From Bacteroidales bacterium (GTDB taxonomy: Bacteria; Bacteroidota; Bacteroidia; Bacteroidales; UBA3824), in the NCBI GenBank assembly GCA_045597465.1, contig JAZLKG010000010.1:6749-70748 (forward strand): 64,000 nucleotides of DNA, read 5' to 3'. This document shows, in pieces, positions 29,387-38,580 of this stretch. The notes beneath the pieces were generated by a model. It saw only the letters and a list, made by a program, of their open reading frames with translations. It did not search any database and had not been told where the DNA came from. Every line of letters starts with the position of its first letter. Position 1 is the first letter of the stretch. The translations under genes were made by a program, and so were the position numbers.

Positions 29387-29490
29387 TATTACTTCGCCAC
29401 AAGTATACAAAAACAGATACTTGTGGCGATGCAATAAATTTATTACTTCGCCACAAGTAGTAAAAAAAATATACTTGTGGCGATGCAATA
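29387..29490. repeat. Two tandem copies of a ~52-nt hairpin module
   Basis: ttattacttcgccacaagta-N15/17-tacttgtggcgatgcaata occurs twice, with a 12-bp perfect core stem tcgccacaagta/tacttgtggcga. Confidence 0.9.
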
Positions 29491-29652
29491 TTGAAATATT
29501 TTTTGTAGCAACTGTCGAAAAAATCCAGCTACACATTCTACCCCACCATGATTACCGCCAAAGGCTTGGCAGACAACGAGAACGCCTCCGCAATCAGGTG
29601 CAATGTGGTGGCAGACGACTTGTTTGAGAAAGCAAGATAGCAATCTGTATTT

Positions 29653-31497
29653 TTATCTTCCCAAAGCAAGTCTCAACTGATTGAGCCTGTCGCTCCACGA
29701 AGCGGCATCGTCGGTGGATAAAACCATATCGGCGTCGCTGGCAATCTTGCTGCCATGGTTGGTGAGCACAAGGCGGCAAGGCTGGCATTTCTGGGCCTCA
29801 ATCATCTGACTCATAACCACATTGACGTTGAGAATCTTGAACCAGCTCTCGTATGTGGAGCCCTTGGGAGCCTCCAGCTTTATGGTCCTGATATTGGCGG
29901 CAGCATCAGACACTGGCCCACAAACAGCGTACCTCTCGCCGTCGGGAGCGGTCTTGTAGGTCATTGGCAGATACTTCATGTTGCCGGGGTTGGGGTCGCA
30001 CTCGTTGCCGGGCATCAGGAGGATGCTGCGCTTGAGGCCGCCGTCGTAGGCCAGATACATATTGGTAGGGTCGGCCGAATGAGTGCCATCTGCCACAAAA
30101 TCATAGCAATACACCATTGGCTCCAGCTTCAGGGTAACGCTCCAGATTCCGGCGGTGTCCTTGGTCATTTTTATCGGGGCTGATGCTTGCTCTATCTCCA
30201 GGCAAACCTCGGCGGCATTCTCGGCCTTGAAACGGAATGTAACGGAATCGCTGCCCAGGAACTCAGGCGATACTATCGGTTTGGGGAAGAGCCTTGCCAT
30301 TACGCCGGGTGTGAAGGGCTCCTCGTTGCCGGTGGCCTTGGGAGCGGGCTGCGCATCAGCCATGGCCTTTGCTGAAACCTCAGGATTGAAAAGCATTGGC
30401 ATGGTGCGGGCCAGGAAATACTTGGCGTTCATCCATGTATGACCGAATTTTCCTGTTGTGAACTCCTTGATGGCTGTGATTCCCTTGCTGTCGAGGAACT
30501 CAAGATAATCGCGTGAGGTGCCGTAGAGGAAATCGTCGGTGCCGATGCCGAGCCAGAAGAGGTGGATCTTGTCGTTGGTTTCCTTGGCGTTGTCGTAAAC
30601 GCCGGGAATGTTGGTCATCGTGAACGAGCTGTACGAGCATAGGTAAGAGAACTTGTCGAGGTGGCTGAGGCCGTTGTAGAGAGCCTGGTTGCCTCCACGG
30701 GAGAAGCCGCCGATGGCGCGGTGGTCGCGGTCGTTGATGGTGCGGTAGTTGGCCTCAATGTACGGCATCAGGTCGCTGATGAAATCCTTGCCGAAGAGGT
30801 CGCCCATCTGAGGCATAGGCGCAATGTTGCTGCCCTGTGGGAGGAGCTTGCTTGGGTTTCCGTATGGGAGCACGATTATCATGTCCTTGGCCTTGCCCTG
30901 GGCTATGAGGTTGTCGAGGATATAGTTCATACGGCCAACCTTGAAGTAAACCTCCTCAGTATCAGTGGTTCCGCTGATAAGATAGAATACAGGAAGGCTG
31001 TCGGCGGAATTGTTGTACGAGGCCGGAGTGTAAACCAAGGCGCGGTTGTAGCAGCCGAGGGTTTTGGAGTAATAAGTCTCGTAATGAACGTCGCCGTGGG
31101 GAACGTTCTGAATGCTGTGGATGAGTGCGCCGTCCTTGCCGGGAATATCGAGGAGCGAGTTTTTGAAGCCCTCGTTGGGGAACCACTCGCAGCATTCGGG
31201 GTCCATGATGCTGACGCCGTCCACCACAAAGCAGTATGGGTACATGTCGGGGTCGGCGGGGCCGAGGGTGGCTGTCCAGATGCCTGATGCCGAGTCTTTC
31301 TGCATGTCGTTGCGGCCGGCAAACTGCACGTCTACCTGAACGCTCTTGGCGTTGTTGTTTTTGTAATAGAAAGTCACCGTGCCGTCGGCATTTACAACGG
31401 TGGATTCAAAAGGCTTTTCGTCAGCCTGCTTGGGCGCGTTGCACGCCGCAGCAGCAATCGCCAGCGAGGCGAGGATTGTCAGTTTTGCTCTTTTCAT
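29653..31497 (-). CDS. Esterase (CE1 / esterase-D-like alpha/beta hydrolase) lipoprotein with Ig-like (E-set) modules
   Basis: Lipobox AAACN. Esterase segment GGFSRGGNQAL (GxSxG). N-terminal and internal beta-sandwich modules. Confidence 0.75.
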   Translation of the reverse strand: MKRAKLTILASLAIAAAACNAPKQADEKPFESTVVNADGTVTFYYKNNNAKSVQVDVQFAGRNDMQKDSASGIWTATLGPADPDMYPYCFVVDGVSIMDPECCEWFPNEGFKNSLLDIPGKDGALIHSIQNVPHGDVHYETYYSKTLGCYNRALVYTPASYNNSADSLPVFYLISGTTDTEEVYFKVGRMNYILDNLIAQGKAKDMIIVLPYGNPSKLLPQGSNIAPMPQMGDLFGKDFISDLMPYIEANYRTINDRDHRAIGGFSRGGNQALYNGLSHLDKFSYLCSYSSFTMTNIPGVYDNAKETNDKIHLFWLGIGTDDFLYGTSRDYLEFLDSKGITAIKEFTTGKFGHTWMNAKYFLARTMPMLFNPEVSAKAMADAQPAPKATGNEEPFTPGVMARLFPKPIVSPEFLGSDSVTFRFKAENAAEVCLEIEQASAPIKMTKDTAGIWSVTLKLEPMVYCYDFVADGTHSADPTNMYLAYDGGLKRSILLMPGNECDPNPGNMKYLPMTYKTAPDGERYAVCGPVSDAAANIRTIKLEAPKGSTYESWFKILNVNVVMSQMIEAQKCQPCRLVLTNHGSKIASDADMVLSTDDAASWSDRLNQLRLALGR

Positions 31498-31560
31498 TTT
31501 TCTTAGTGTAATTATATTATTGTAAGTTATTGCAAGTTATTAAGCAGCATCAGGCCCTTT

Positions 31561-31606
31561 ACCGCACGCAATGGCATACAACTTGTTGTCTGCCATTGCG
31601 TGCGGT
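31561..31606 (+). terminator. Orphan terminator-like hairpin (16-bp perfect stem) in a divergent intergenic region
   Basis: accgcacgcaatggca-N14-tgccattgcgtgcggt followed by tttgttg. There is no plus-strand gene upstream. Confidence 0.4.
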
Positions 31607-31669
31607 TTTGTTGCTCACAAAGATAATAAATATATTAGGAATTAAGTGGCTTTGTCCACAAAAAGTTGC

Positions 31670-31677
31670 TACCTTTG
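31670..31677 (+). promoter_or_regulatory. -7 box TAccTTTG
   Basis: 33 nt upstream of ATG 31710. Confidence 0.45.
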
Positions 31678-31709
31678 CACACAGAAATCAAACAAAGTAT
31701 TACTAAACA

Positions 31710-32384
31710 ATGAAACATTTCTTCCCCATAGTCCTGATGCTGATGCTTTCTGTTTTGGCTGATGCTCAGGTATCCTACACCAGCCCTCAGGAGCTCTGCG
31801 AGATGGGCTATTCGCTGTTTTATGGCGCAGGCATCAGGAAAAACCGTGACCTTGGCCTTGAATATCTTACCCAGGCATCAGAGAAAGGAAGCCTGGAGGC
31901 AATGGCCCTGCTGCTGTATATCTACATGAGCGGCAAGTATCAGAAAATCTATTCACGCCTTGGCCAGAGGCAGTTTCTGGAATACCTAGAAAGGCTGGCC
32001 GACAGCGGCGATGCCACCTACATGGCGCTGCTGGGCGATATGTACCTGTATGGCGAGATGGTGGACGAGGACCCTGATACGGCCATGAAATGGTATCTGA
32101 AGGCGGCCGAGGCTGGCGACGCCGATGCGCAGTATCAGGTGGCTGAGGCTTACGAGAATGGCGAATACCTGCCGCAGGACACCCAAAAGGCCATAGCGCT
32201 ATACAAGGAGGCGGCCCACGGCGGCAACGACATGGCTCAGTGCGCACTGGGCGATTTTTTCCGTCAGGGCGTGGGCATGGAGCAAAACCTGATGCTTGCA
32301 AAATACTGGCTCAAAAAATCCGCCCGCCAGAAAAACGACCTCGCAAAGCTGATATTGAGGGAAAATAAGAAGGCGTTGCGCTGA
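31710..32384 (+). CDS. Sel1-repeat (TPR-like) secreted protein
   Basis: Signal peptide plus repeated A..WY.KAAE.G...AQ..LG..Y..G.GV units. Confidence 0.85.
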   Translation: MKHFFPIVLMLMLSVLADAQVSYTSPQELCEMGYSLFYGAGIRKNRDLGLEYLTQASEKGSLEAMALLLYIYMSGKYQKIYSRLGQRQFLEYLERLADSGDATYMALLGDMYLYGEMVDEDPDTAMKWYLKAAEAGDADAQYQVAEAYENGEYLPQDTQKAIALYKEAAHGGNDMAQCALGDFFRQGVGMEQNLMLAKYWLKKSARQKNDLAKLILRENKKALR

Positions 32385-32425
32385 AAAAGACAGGGGGATT
32401 GGGTGTGGCGACAGGCACAAGGAAA

Positions 32426-33049
32426 CTAAATTTCTTTCTCTACCTCTGTTTCCGATACCTGATTCTCCGCCTCAATCTTTTTTCGCATTTCTACCAAAGT
32501 CACGCCTTCGAAAGTGAAATATTGCGGACCTTGGAATTCTTTTTGTTTCCTATCTCCAGGCATAAATTCTTTGGAAAAACCCGACAGAGTATATTCTTTA
32601 CCTTTGTACAATATTTTATTATCACCAGAGATTTCGACTTCTATATTGGCAGGTTTGAATGTTATTTTATCTCCCTCTTTCAGTCCTACCATAAAAAATT
32701 TGAAATTATGATTGCGCTTTTTTCGCTCGTTTGGGTCATAAATTTCAATTTTGCAATCATCCACAATATTCGCTATTAGATAAAACATATCTAATGCTTT
32801 TTCAGGATCAAGTAAGAAAAACTCTTTGCTATCCGCAGTTGGAACGTTGCAAAAATTTTGAAGTAACTTATGTATAAATTTCTCAACTTTTTTAAACCTC
32901 TCAGTTTGAAGAGTTGCATAAATATTATACTTATATGGCACACCGGAATTTAAAATATTTAAACGGTTTTGCATATTCTCAGCCTGTCCAATTTTTATCC
33001 AGCAACCATCAAAACTTGGGTTTGTTAGTATGTAAACGTAGCCTTTCAT
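32426..33049 (-). CDS. GIY-YIG / T5orf172-like nuclease-domain protein
   Basis: N-terminus MKGYVYILTNPSFDGCWIKIGQAENMQNRL fits the GIY-YIG (T5orf172) pattern. The C-terminal ~90 aa domain is unknown. Confidence 0.6.
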   Translation of the reverse strand: MKGYVYILTNPSFDGCWIKIGQAENMQNRLNILNSGVPYKYNIYATLQTERFKKVEKFIHKLLQNFCNVPTADSKEFFLLDPEKALDMFYLIANIVDDCKIEIYDPNERKKRNHNFKFFMVGLKEGDKITFKPANIEVEISGDNKILYKGKEYTLSGFSKEFMPGDRKQKEFQGPQYFTFEGVTLVEMRKKIEAENQVSETEVEKEI

Positions 33050-33069
33050 AATAAAATCTTTATAACGAA

Positions 33070-33906
33070 TTATTTCAAATTACCTTCTACATCCTTTCTA
33101 TTATAACCCCATATATAGATAATGTCATACGGATATTTGTCTTCTACGTATTTCTGATAAATTTTTTCAAAAATTTCAGCGTGATCTTCAACCAAAAAAC
33201 AAATATTTAACTCAACTTTATGATCTTTAAAATAGAATAACAAACGATTGATATGAGTTAAAATCGAATCTAAACGACTTGATAAAACAACATCAATAAC
33301 ATTAAAACATTTTCTATTTTGAGACATTTCAACTGCTACTCCATCTAAACAAATGCCTTTAAATTTATAGTCTTTTTGATAATTAATACAAAAATCTTCC
33401 TCAATTTTTGAAATAATATTATCAATTATAAGTTGTTTTGGGGCAGTTCTAAAATAGTCAGGTTTTAAATAAAAATCTGTCAAATTTATCACCTTGCCAC
33501 CTTCCGAATTTGAAACACCCCCATCATTAGAAATTTGTTCAACCTTGATATTTTCCTCAATTTTCTTTTCAACTTCTACTTTTTCCTTTTCAGATACTTT
33601 TTTTTGGAAAAACATAGATATATTATCACCAAACTCATCTGGTGCGAAAAATTTCGCATAATCTTCCTTTAGAATGCGTTTAAAAGTACGCAAAACCACA
33701 AAAGGAAATACGACAACAAACACCAAAAGCAACCAACGCTGAGCATTAGTTAATTCGGGATTAGGCACTGTTAAAACTATAGTTGCAAATGCCTCGCAAA
33801 GTGTTATGAACAATGCTATAATTCCCAAAGGATTTTTTGGGAAATTACCATTTACGTTAGTCATTTTTTCCGTCGTTGTTATATTATCGGCCATTATCTT
33901 TATCAT
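33070..33906 (-). CDS. Hypothetical membrane protein (2 N-terminal TM helices + ~190-aa soluble domain)
   Basis: ORF 33070..33924. ATG candidates at 33906 and 33894, both overlapping the end of the upstream small ORF. No family recognised. Confidence 0.5.
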   Translation of the reverse strand: MIKIMADNITTTEKMTNVNGNFPKNPLGIIALFITLCEAFATIVLTVPNPELTNAQRWLLLVFVVVFPFVVLRTFKRILKEDYAKFFAPDEFGDNISMFFQKKVSEKEKVEVEKKIEENIKVEQISNDGGVSNSEGGKVINLTDFYLKPDYFRTAPKQLIIDNIISKIEEDFCINYQKDYKFKGICLDGVAVEMSQNRKCFNVIDVVLSSRLDSILTHINRLLFYFKDHKVELNICFLVEDHAEIFEKIYQKYVEDKYPYDIIYIWGYNRKDVEGNLK

Positions 33907-34201
33907 TAAAATATATGATACCAAACATAATTAGTACCGCAAAAACATAAATTGAAAACACTAATACCGAAGAGTTAATATTTAACACTTCTTCTGTCGT
34001 CTTGATTTCTTTTGTTGTCTTAACAAAAAAAGCATTACAAGAATCAGGCTTGACAGTTACTGTTGTATTTATATTTTTGCAATTCCACAACTCAATGCTA
34101 TTATTGGATTTGCAACCAATAATAGAACAAACAATTATAGTAATAATTACAAAAATACAAGTTAATATAGTTTTTATATTTTTATTCCAAAAATCTTTCA
34201 T
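33884..34201 (-). CDS. Hypothetical small 2-TM protein
   Basis: 105 aa with TM helices at both ends. Its ATG overlaps the hsdS-like stop (TAATG). Confidence 0.45.
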   Translation of the reverse strand: MKDFWNKNIKTILTCIFVIITIIVCSIIGCKSNNSIELWNCKNINTTVTVKPDSCNAFFVKTTKEIKTTEEVLNINSSVLVFSIYVFAVLIMFGIIYFNDKDNGR

Positions 34202-35577
34202 TACTCACCTCCTTTTTCGATTTCTTCTTCAACCAATCGTTTTGCATTCTCCAAAAGTTGTTTGCTCTCAGATTTCAATTTGAAAGATTCTTGAATCAAA
34301 TCTGAAATATCTTGTTGCTTTACAATTGGTATTATAGGCAAAACCAAACTTTTAAGTGTCTCTTGATTAAGTCTTTGCTGAACGGACCCCCTCGCCAATC
34401 TATCAATTAATTCATAAATAGGCTTACTATTCATCAACAAAGTATAGACATCTGATTTATAGTCAAAGTTGAATTTAAAACACATTACATTGTCAGAGCA
34501 AATAGCATTATCTAAAGACTCGTCAATTTCAGCAAATATGCCCAATGTGCCAACTCTTGCAGTTATAATATCTCCTGTTTTAACAAACTTTGTAAATTTT
34601 GAAGGATTTACAAAATGTTTGTCATCTTGTTCAACTCTGCCGTTTTTCATATTAGTTGAACGGATATAAAATTTCAAATCATCATTTTGAGTCAAATATT
34701 CTTCTGAATATTCGCCAGTAAATAAGTATTTAACTTTTTCTCCAAATCTAAACCAACCTCCATTATACGCCTTTATCTTCTGCTCAATCTCATCATATTT
34801 TGTCAAGTAATATTCCGAATCAATCCTCATATCACCGCAAGATACGTCCCTGAAACTGCGCACAGAACTCTCAACATCTTTTTTCTGCTCTATTGCATCA
34901 TAGTCAATACCTAACTCCTCTTCAAGAATCTCCTCAGCCTGACGATAAAGCATTTTGCTTTCTTCCAATTTAGAATGTGCAGACTTCACCATATCGGCTA
35001 TAAGAGACTGGAATGAGTCTGGGAGAATTGGTATTTGAAATTGCCTTAAATTCTCAAGGGTTATCATTTTCTGAACCGCCCCTGAACTATGAATAGAACT
35101 TTGAGCGATACCAAATTTTGTCATTAAGGCTATCGCGAAGTACTCTGACACGACAGAAGATGACAAAGGTTTAAGAATAGCAACATCCCTATTCATATTT
35201 GCAGGCAAAATATTATCTGTTGCAATAGCAATATTGCCTAATGTACCTTTAATCGATATTAATATATCTCCAATAGAAACTCTTGAACGAGCATTTCTTT
35301 TATCGACTTGTTCATCTACATATCTAACATTTGAAATATCTACAAATCCATTTTTAATATTTTCTGCTGTTAGATATTTTATTCCATTATTTATAAATGA
35401 AACAGACCCGTGTTCACCATCTGTAACTTTAAATAAATTACCTATTCGAACACAATTTAAGCAAGACAAATAATGGAACAATCTAATATTTTCTTTTTTC
35501 CAATATTCAGCCTCAATTCTTAACTCCTCATTTAATTGCCTTAATCTTATCTCACTGCATTCCAATTGCCCCAACAA
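34201..35577 (-). CDS. Restriction-modification specificity subunit (HsdS-like, two TRDs)
   Basis: Two Methylase_S-type halves (GDILISIKGTLGNIAI, ITARVGTLGIFAEI) with coiled-coil spacers and GSVQQRLNQETLKSLVLPI. Confidence 0.85.
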   Translation of the reverse strand: MLGQLECSEIRLRQLNEELRIEAEYWKKENIRLFHYLSCLNCVRIGNLFKVTDGEHGSVSFINNGIKYLTAENIKNGFVDISNVRYVDEQVDKRNARSRVSIGDILISIKGTLGNIAIATDNILPANMNRDVAILKPLSSSVVSEYFAIALMTKFGIAQSSIHSSGAVQKMITLENLRQFQIPILPDSFQSLIADMVKSAHSKLEESKMLYRQAEEILEEELGIDYDAIEQKKDVESSVRSFRDVSCGDMRIDSEYYLTKYDEIEQKIKAYNGGWFRFGEKVKYLFTGEYSEEYLTQNDDLKFYIRSTNMKNGRVEQDDKHFVNPSKFTKFVKTGDIITARVGTLGIFAEIDESLDNAICSDNVMCFKFNFDYKSDVYTLLMNSKPIYELIDRLARGSVQQRLNQETLKSLVLPIIPIVKQQDISDLIQESFKLKSESKQLLENAKRLVEEEIEKGGE

Positions 35578-35615
35578 TTCCTTGTATTTAACCTCATTAA
35601 ATACGTTGGGGCTAC

Positions 35616-38535
35616 CTAAAAAAAACGAGGGTGCTTTTTGTCCTTGGCGAAACTCAAACCTTCTTTAAGGGCAAACTGCCAAAAAGCCTCAAAAATGCCG
35701 TCACGACAATAACGGTCTTTGAGTCTTGGGTCGCGTTCTGCCATTCGCTCGTTGAGTTTTGGATCGTGATTGTAGAGGTCGTGATCCACAAAACTATGTC
35801 CGTGAGAATCCTTTATGAGTTCCTGCTCCTCTTTTACTACCTGCGAAGGAATATAGAGTTTCTTGTCGTCGGCACTCAGGGCGTTGTATTCCTCGAACGA
35901 GATTTCAGGATTGGTGTTCACGCCCACAGCATCAACTTTCTTATAATCCTTGCGAGAATCGGCATCAAGCAAGAGATAGTCTTTTGCAGAGATTGTATTG
36001 TTCTTGCTCTTGAACTCTACATTGTCGAGAATAAACTTCTTGAACGAATCTATAGGACCTTCATCCTCAAGAACGATGAATTTCTCCTTGTGGTCAACTA
36101 TCGTTTCAGATTTCTTTTCCTTCTTGATATCAACGATATAGAGTTTCTTGCGGTCAATAAGTTTGTAAGGTTTTCTTGCATCCTTATCAAGCGCATTGTA
36201 TGCGTCCGCTGAAATAACATCACCGGCATTTGTCTTGTTCTGATACTCCACAATGGCGATATCATTGTTGTATTCCTCCTCTGATACTTGGGCGTAATTA
36301 TCCCTTCTGATATAGATACGCTTGTTCTCAAAAGTATAGTGAGTTACAGTAACGTAATCTTCCTTCACAAAAATCTTCTCTCCCGAATTGTCCTTGCTCT
36401 CCTTCTGCATAGTGGCAAAGAAAATATTGTAATCTAATACAATATTGAACAAATTCTTTCTCTCTTCCTCTGAGATAAGGACGTATTTATCCTTCTCCTT
36501 GCCATCGGTAAGGTTGTTGTATTCCAATTCGCTGATTACATATTCCTTCTGAATATCATTCTCCAATTCATATTTACGATACTCGATTCTCGCGATATAC
36601 TGCTCATACTCTTCCCAAGAATATTGCGCTCCAGTCTTTTTGTGCCAAATGGTCTGAAGCGGTTTCTTTGGGCAGATATTAGGATAACCGCAATTCTCAT
36701 CAGTCCATTTTTGAACAAATAGAACGCTGGTCTTGGTTCCAGTTCCGTTTTTGCCTGCCTTGAATACGTTTCCGTGAAGACCCACCACACCCAAGATACG
36801 GCACTTGTCTGCCACATACTCACGGATATACTTGTCGGAAGAATTGTTGAACTTTCCTTGTGGCAAAACAATAGCCATTCTTCCTCCTGGCTTCAAGAAG
36901 TTGAGATTGCGCTCAATGAAGAGCACGTCACGACCCAACTTGTTTTTGCCATTAGCCAACTCATAGAGTTTGAAATTATTGTCCTGCTGATTTAGTTCTC
37001 CAGCAAATGGAGGATTTGTCAGGATAATATCGAATTTGAAATTCTTGAATTTCTCATCGCTATCCTCAGGAGCATACTTTGCGGTACTCAGGTCTTTCAG
37101 ATTGTTGAAAGCCTTCTTATACTTATTCTGCCAAGGCTCATTTTTTGCAAACTTGTGCCACTTGTCGTATTCCAAGGTATTCAGGTACATTACATTGGTA
37201 TGTCCATCGCCCGCAATGATATTAAGCATACGACCCACGCGCACACTCTTTTCAGAAAAATCGATACCAAACACCTTGTGTTTTACATAGTTGGTCTCAT
37301 CCTCACCCCTGTCCTCGGTAGTGAACACCTCCTGACCATTGGGATTTATCAACTTCCAAGTATGGAGAGTGGCGTGCATAGGAAATCCGCAACTGCCACA
37401 GGCCGTGTCAATTACATATTCCTCTGGTTGTGGGTTCAGCATCTTCACGCACATATCAATAGCGTATCGTGGAGTAAAGAACTGGCCCATATCGTCCTTC
37501 TGATTCTTATTTACAAGATACTCAAAAGCCTCGTCAACTACATCAAGATTGGAATTAAAGAGTTTAACATTCTGCAACTCCCTAACACAGGATTTGCAGG
37601 TGGCCGGCTGAATGTCCAATTTGGAATCCTTCGGGAAAACACCTTCCCACTTATCCTGAGCCTCACGAAACAAATCATTGATCTTGTTATAGACATCCTC
37701 TGGACTCTGATTCACTAATGCACGAAATTTGAGGGTAGTGAACTTGCTTTTGTTAATTTTATCAAGCGTAATTCCATCCTGTTTTTTATTTTCTATAATA
37801 ATGGCATCCTTGCTTGTTCTCTTCTCATCATATAGTTTGGTAAATATGAGTTTGAAAATCTCGTCAAAAGCCTTGTCGCTTGCCTCATTGGCTCCAAAAC
37901 GCTGTTCCACTCTCTCAAAAACAGTTTTCAGAGTTTCCTTTTGGAGTAAGTCATTCTTTATGAGTTCAATAAGGGTGAAATCCTTATTGGCCCAATCCTC
38001 GATATCCTCGTCCGCTTTTGACAGACAAAGGCTCGTTATACTCTTTTGGAAGATAAAACTTGCAGATATTTCCACCATTGAAAATACAGCCTACCTGAGC
38101 GAGTTTGTCCTTGCAATAACTCTGCATCTGCTCCAAAGGGGAACTTTCCTCACCGTCTCGCTCCGCTTCGCTTTTGATACTTGGACGTTTAACCTCAATA
38201 ATAATGCGTGGTTCTTTGCCCTTCTTGTTGAAAATGGCAATATCAATCCTGTCGTTCTTCACCTGGGATTTGCCGTGATAGGTAGCCGAAAGTTCAAACT
38301 CGATATTCTTGATATCATAGCCATAACCGCCGTCTTCAATTTTGTTGGTAAGACGATAAGTAAGCAACTGGCGCACAACCTCCTCAGGCTGAATGTCAAT
38401 CTCCTTTCCTCGCTTAATGCAAACGGCCTTTTGATTGTCCTGCAAACGATTGTTCAGCCAATCGATTTCTGCTTGGGTAAAAGTCTTTGAAATTGCAGAA
38501 TACTCATCTGCGGTTATGATATCTTGTATTTTCAT
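35616..38535 (-). pseudogene. Bifunctional PD-(D/E)xK nuclease / N6-adenine methyltransferase subunit (BcgI-A-like), split by a frameshift
   Basis: The 183-aa ORF 37984..38535 has the HsdR_N pattern (RIDIAIF ... IIIEVKRP ... QMQSY ... NGG). The 820-aa ORF 35616..38078 carries VIDTACGSCGF and NPPFAG. The two overlap by 95 nt in different frames. Confidence 0.75.
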
Positions 38536-38580
38536 TATATATTCTTTTTAATTATTCAGACTACAAATATAAATATTATT

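Noticed and set aside
29547-29639. 30-codon plus-strand ORF (MITAKGLADNENASAIRCNVVADDLFEKAR) with host-like codon usage in the 620-bp gap
   Set aside because: It is too short to support without conservation or expression data. It has no TAnnTTTG box at a suitable distance and could be a remnant of a lost gene. It is only worth checking by tblastn or ribosome profiling.
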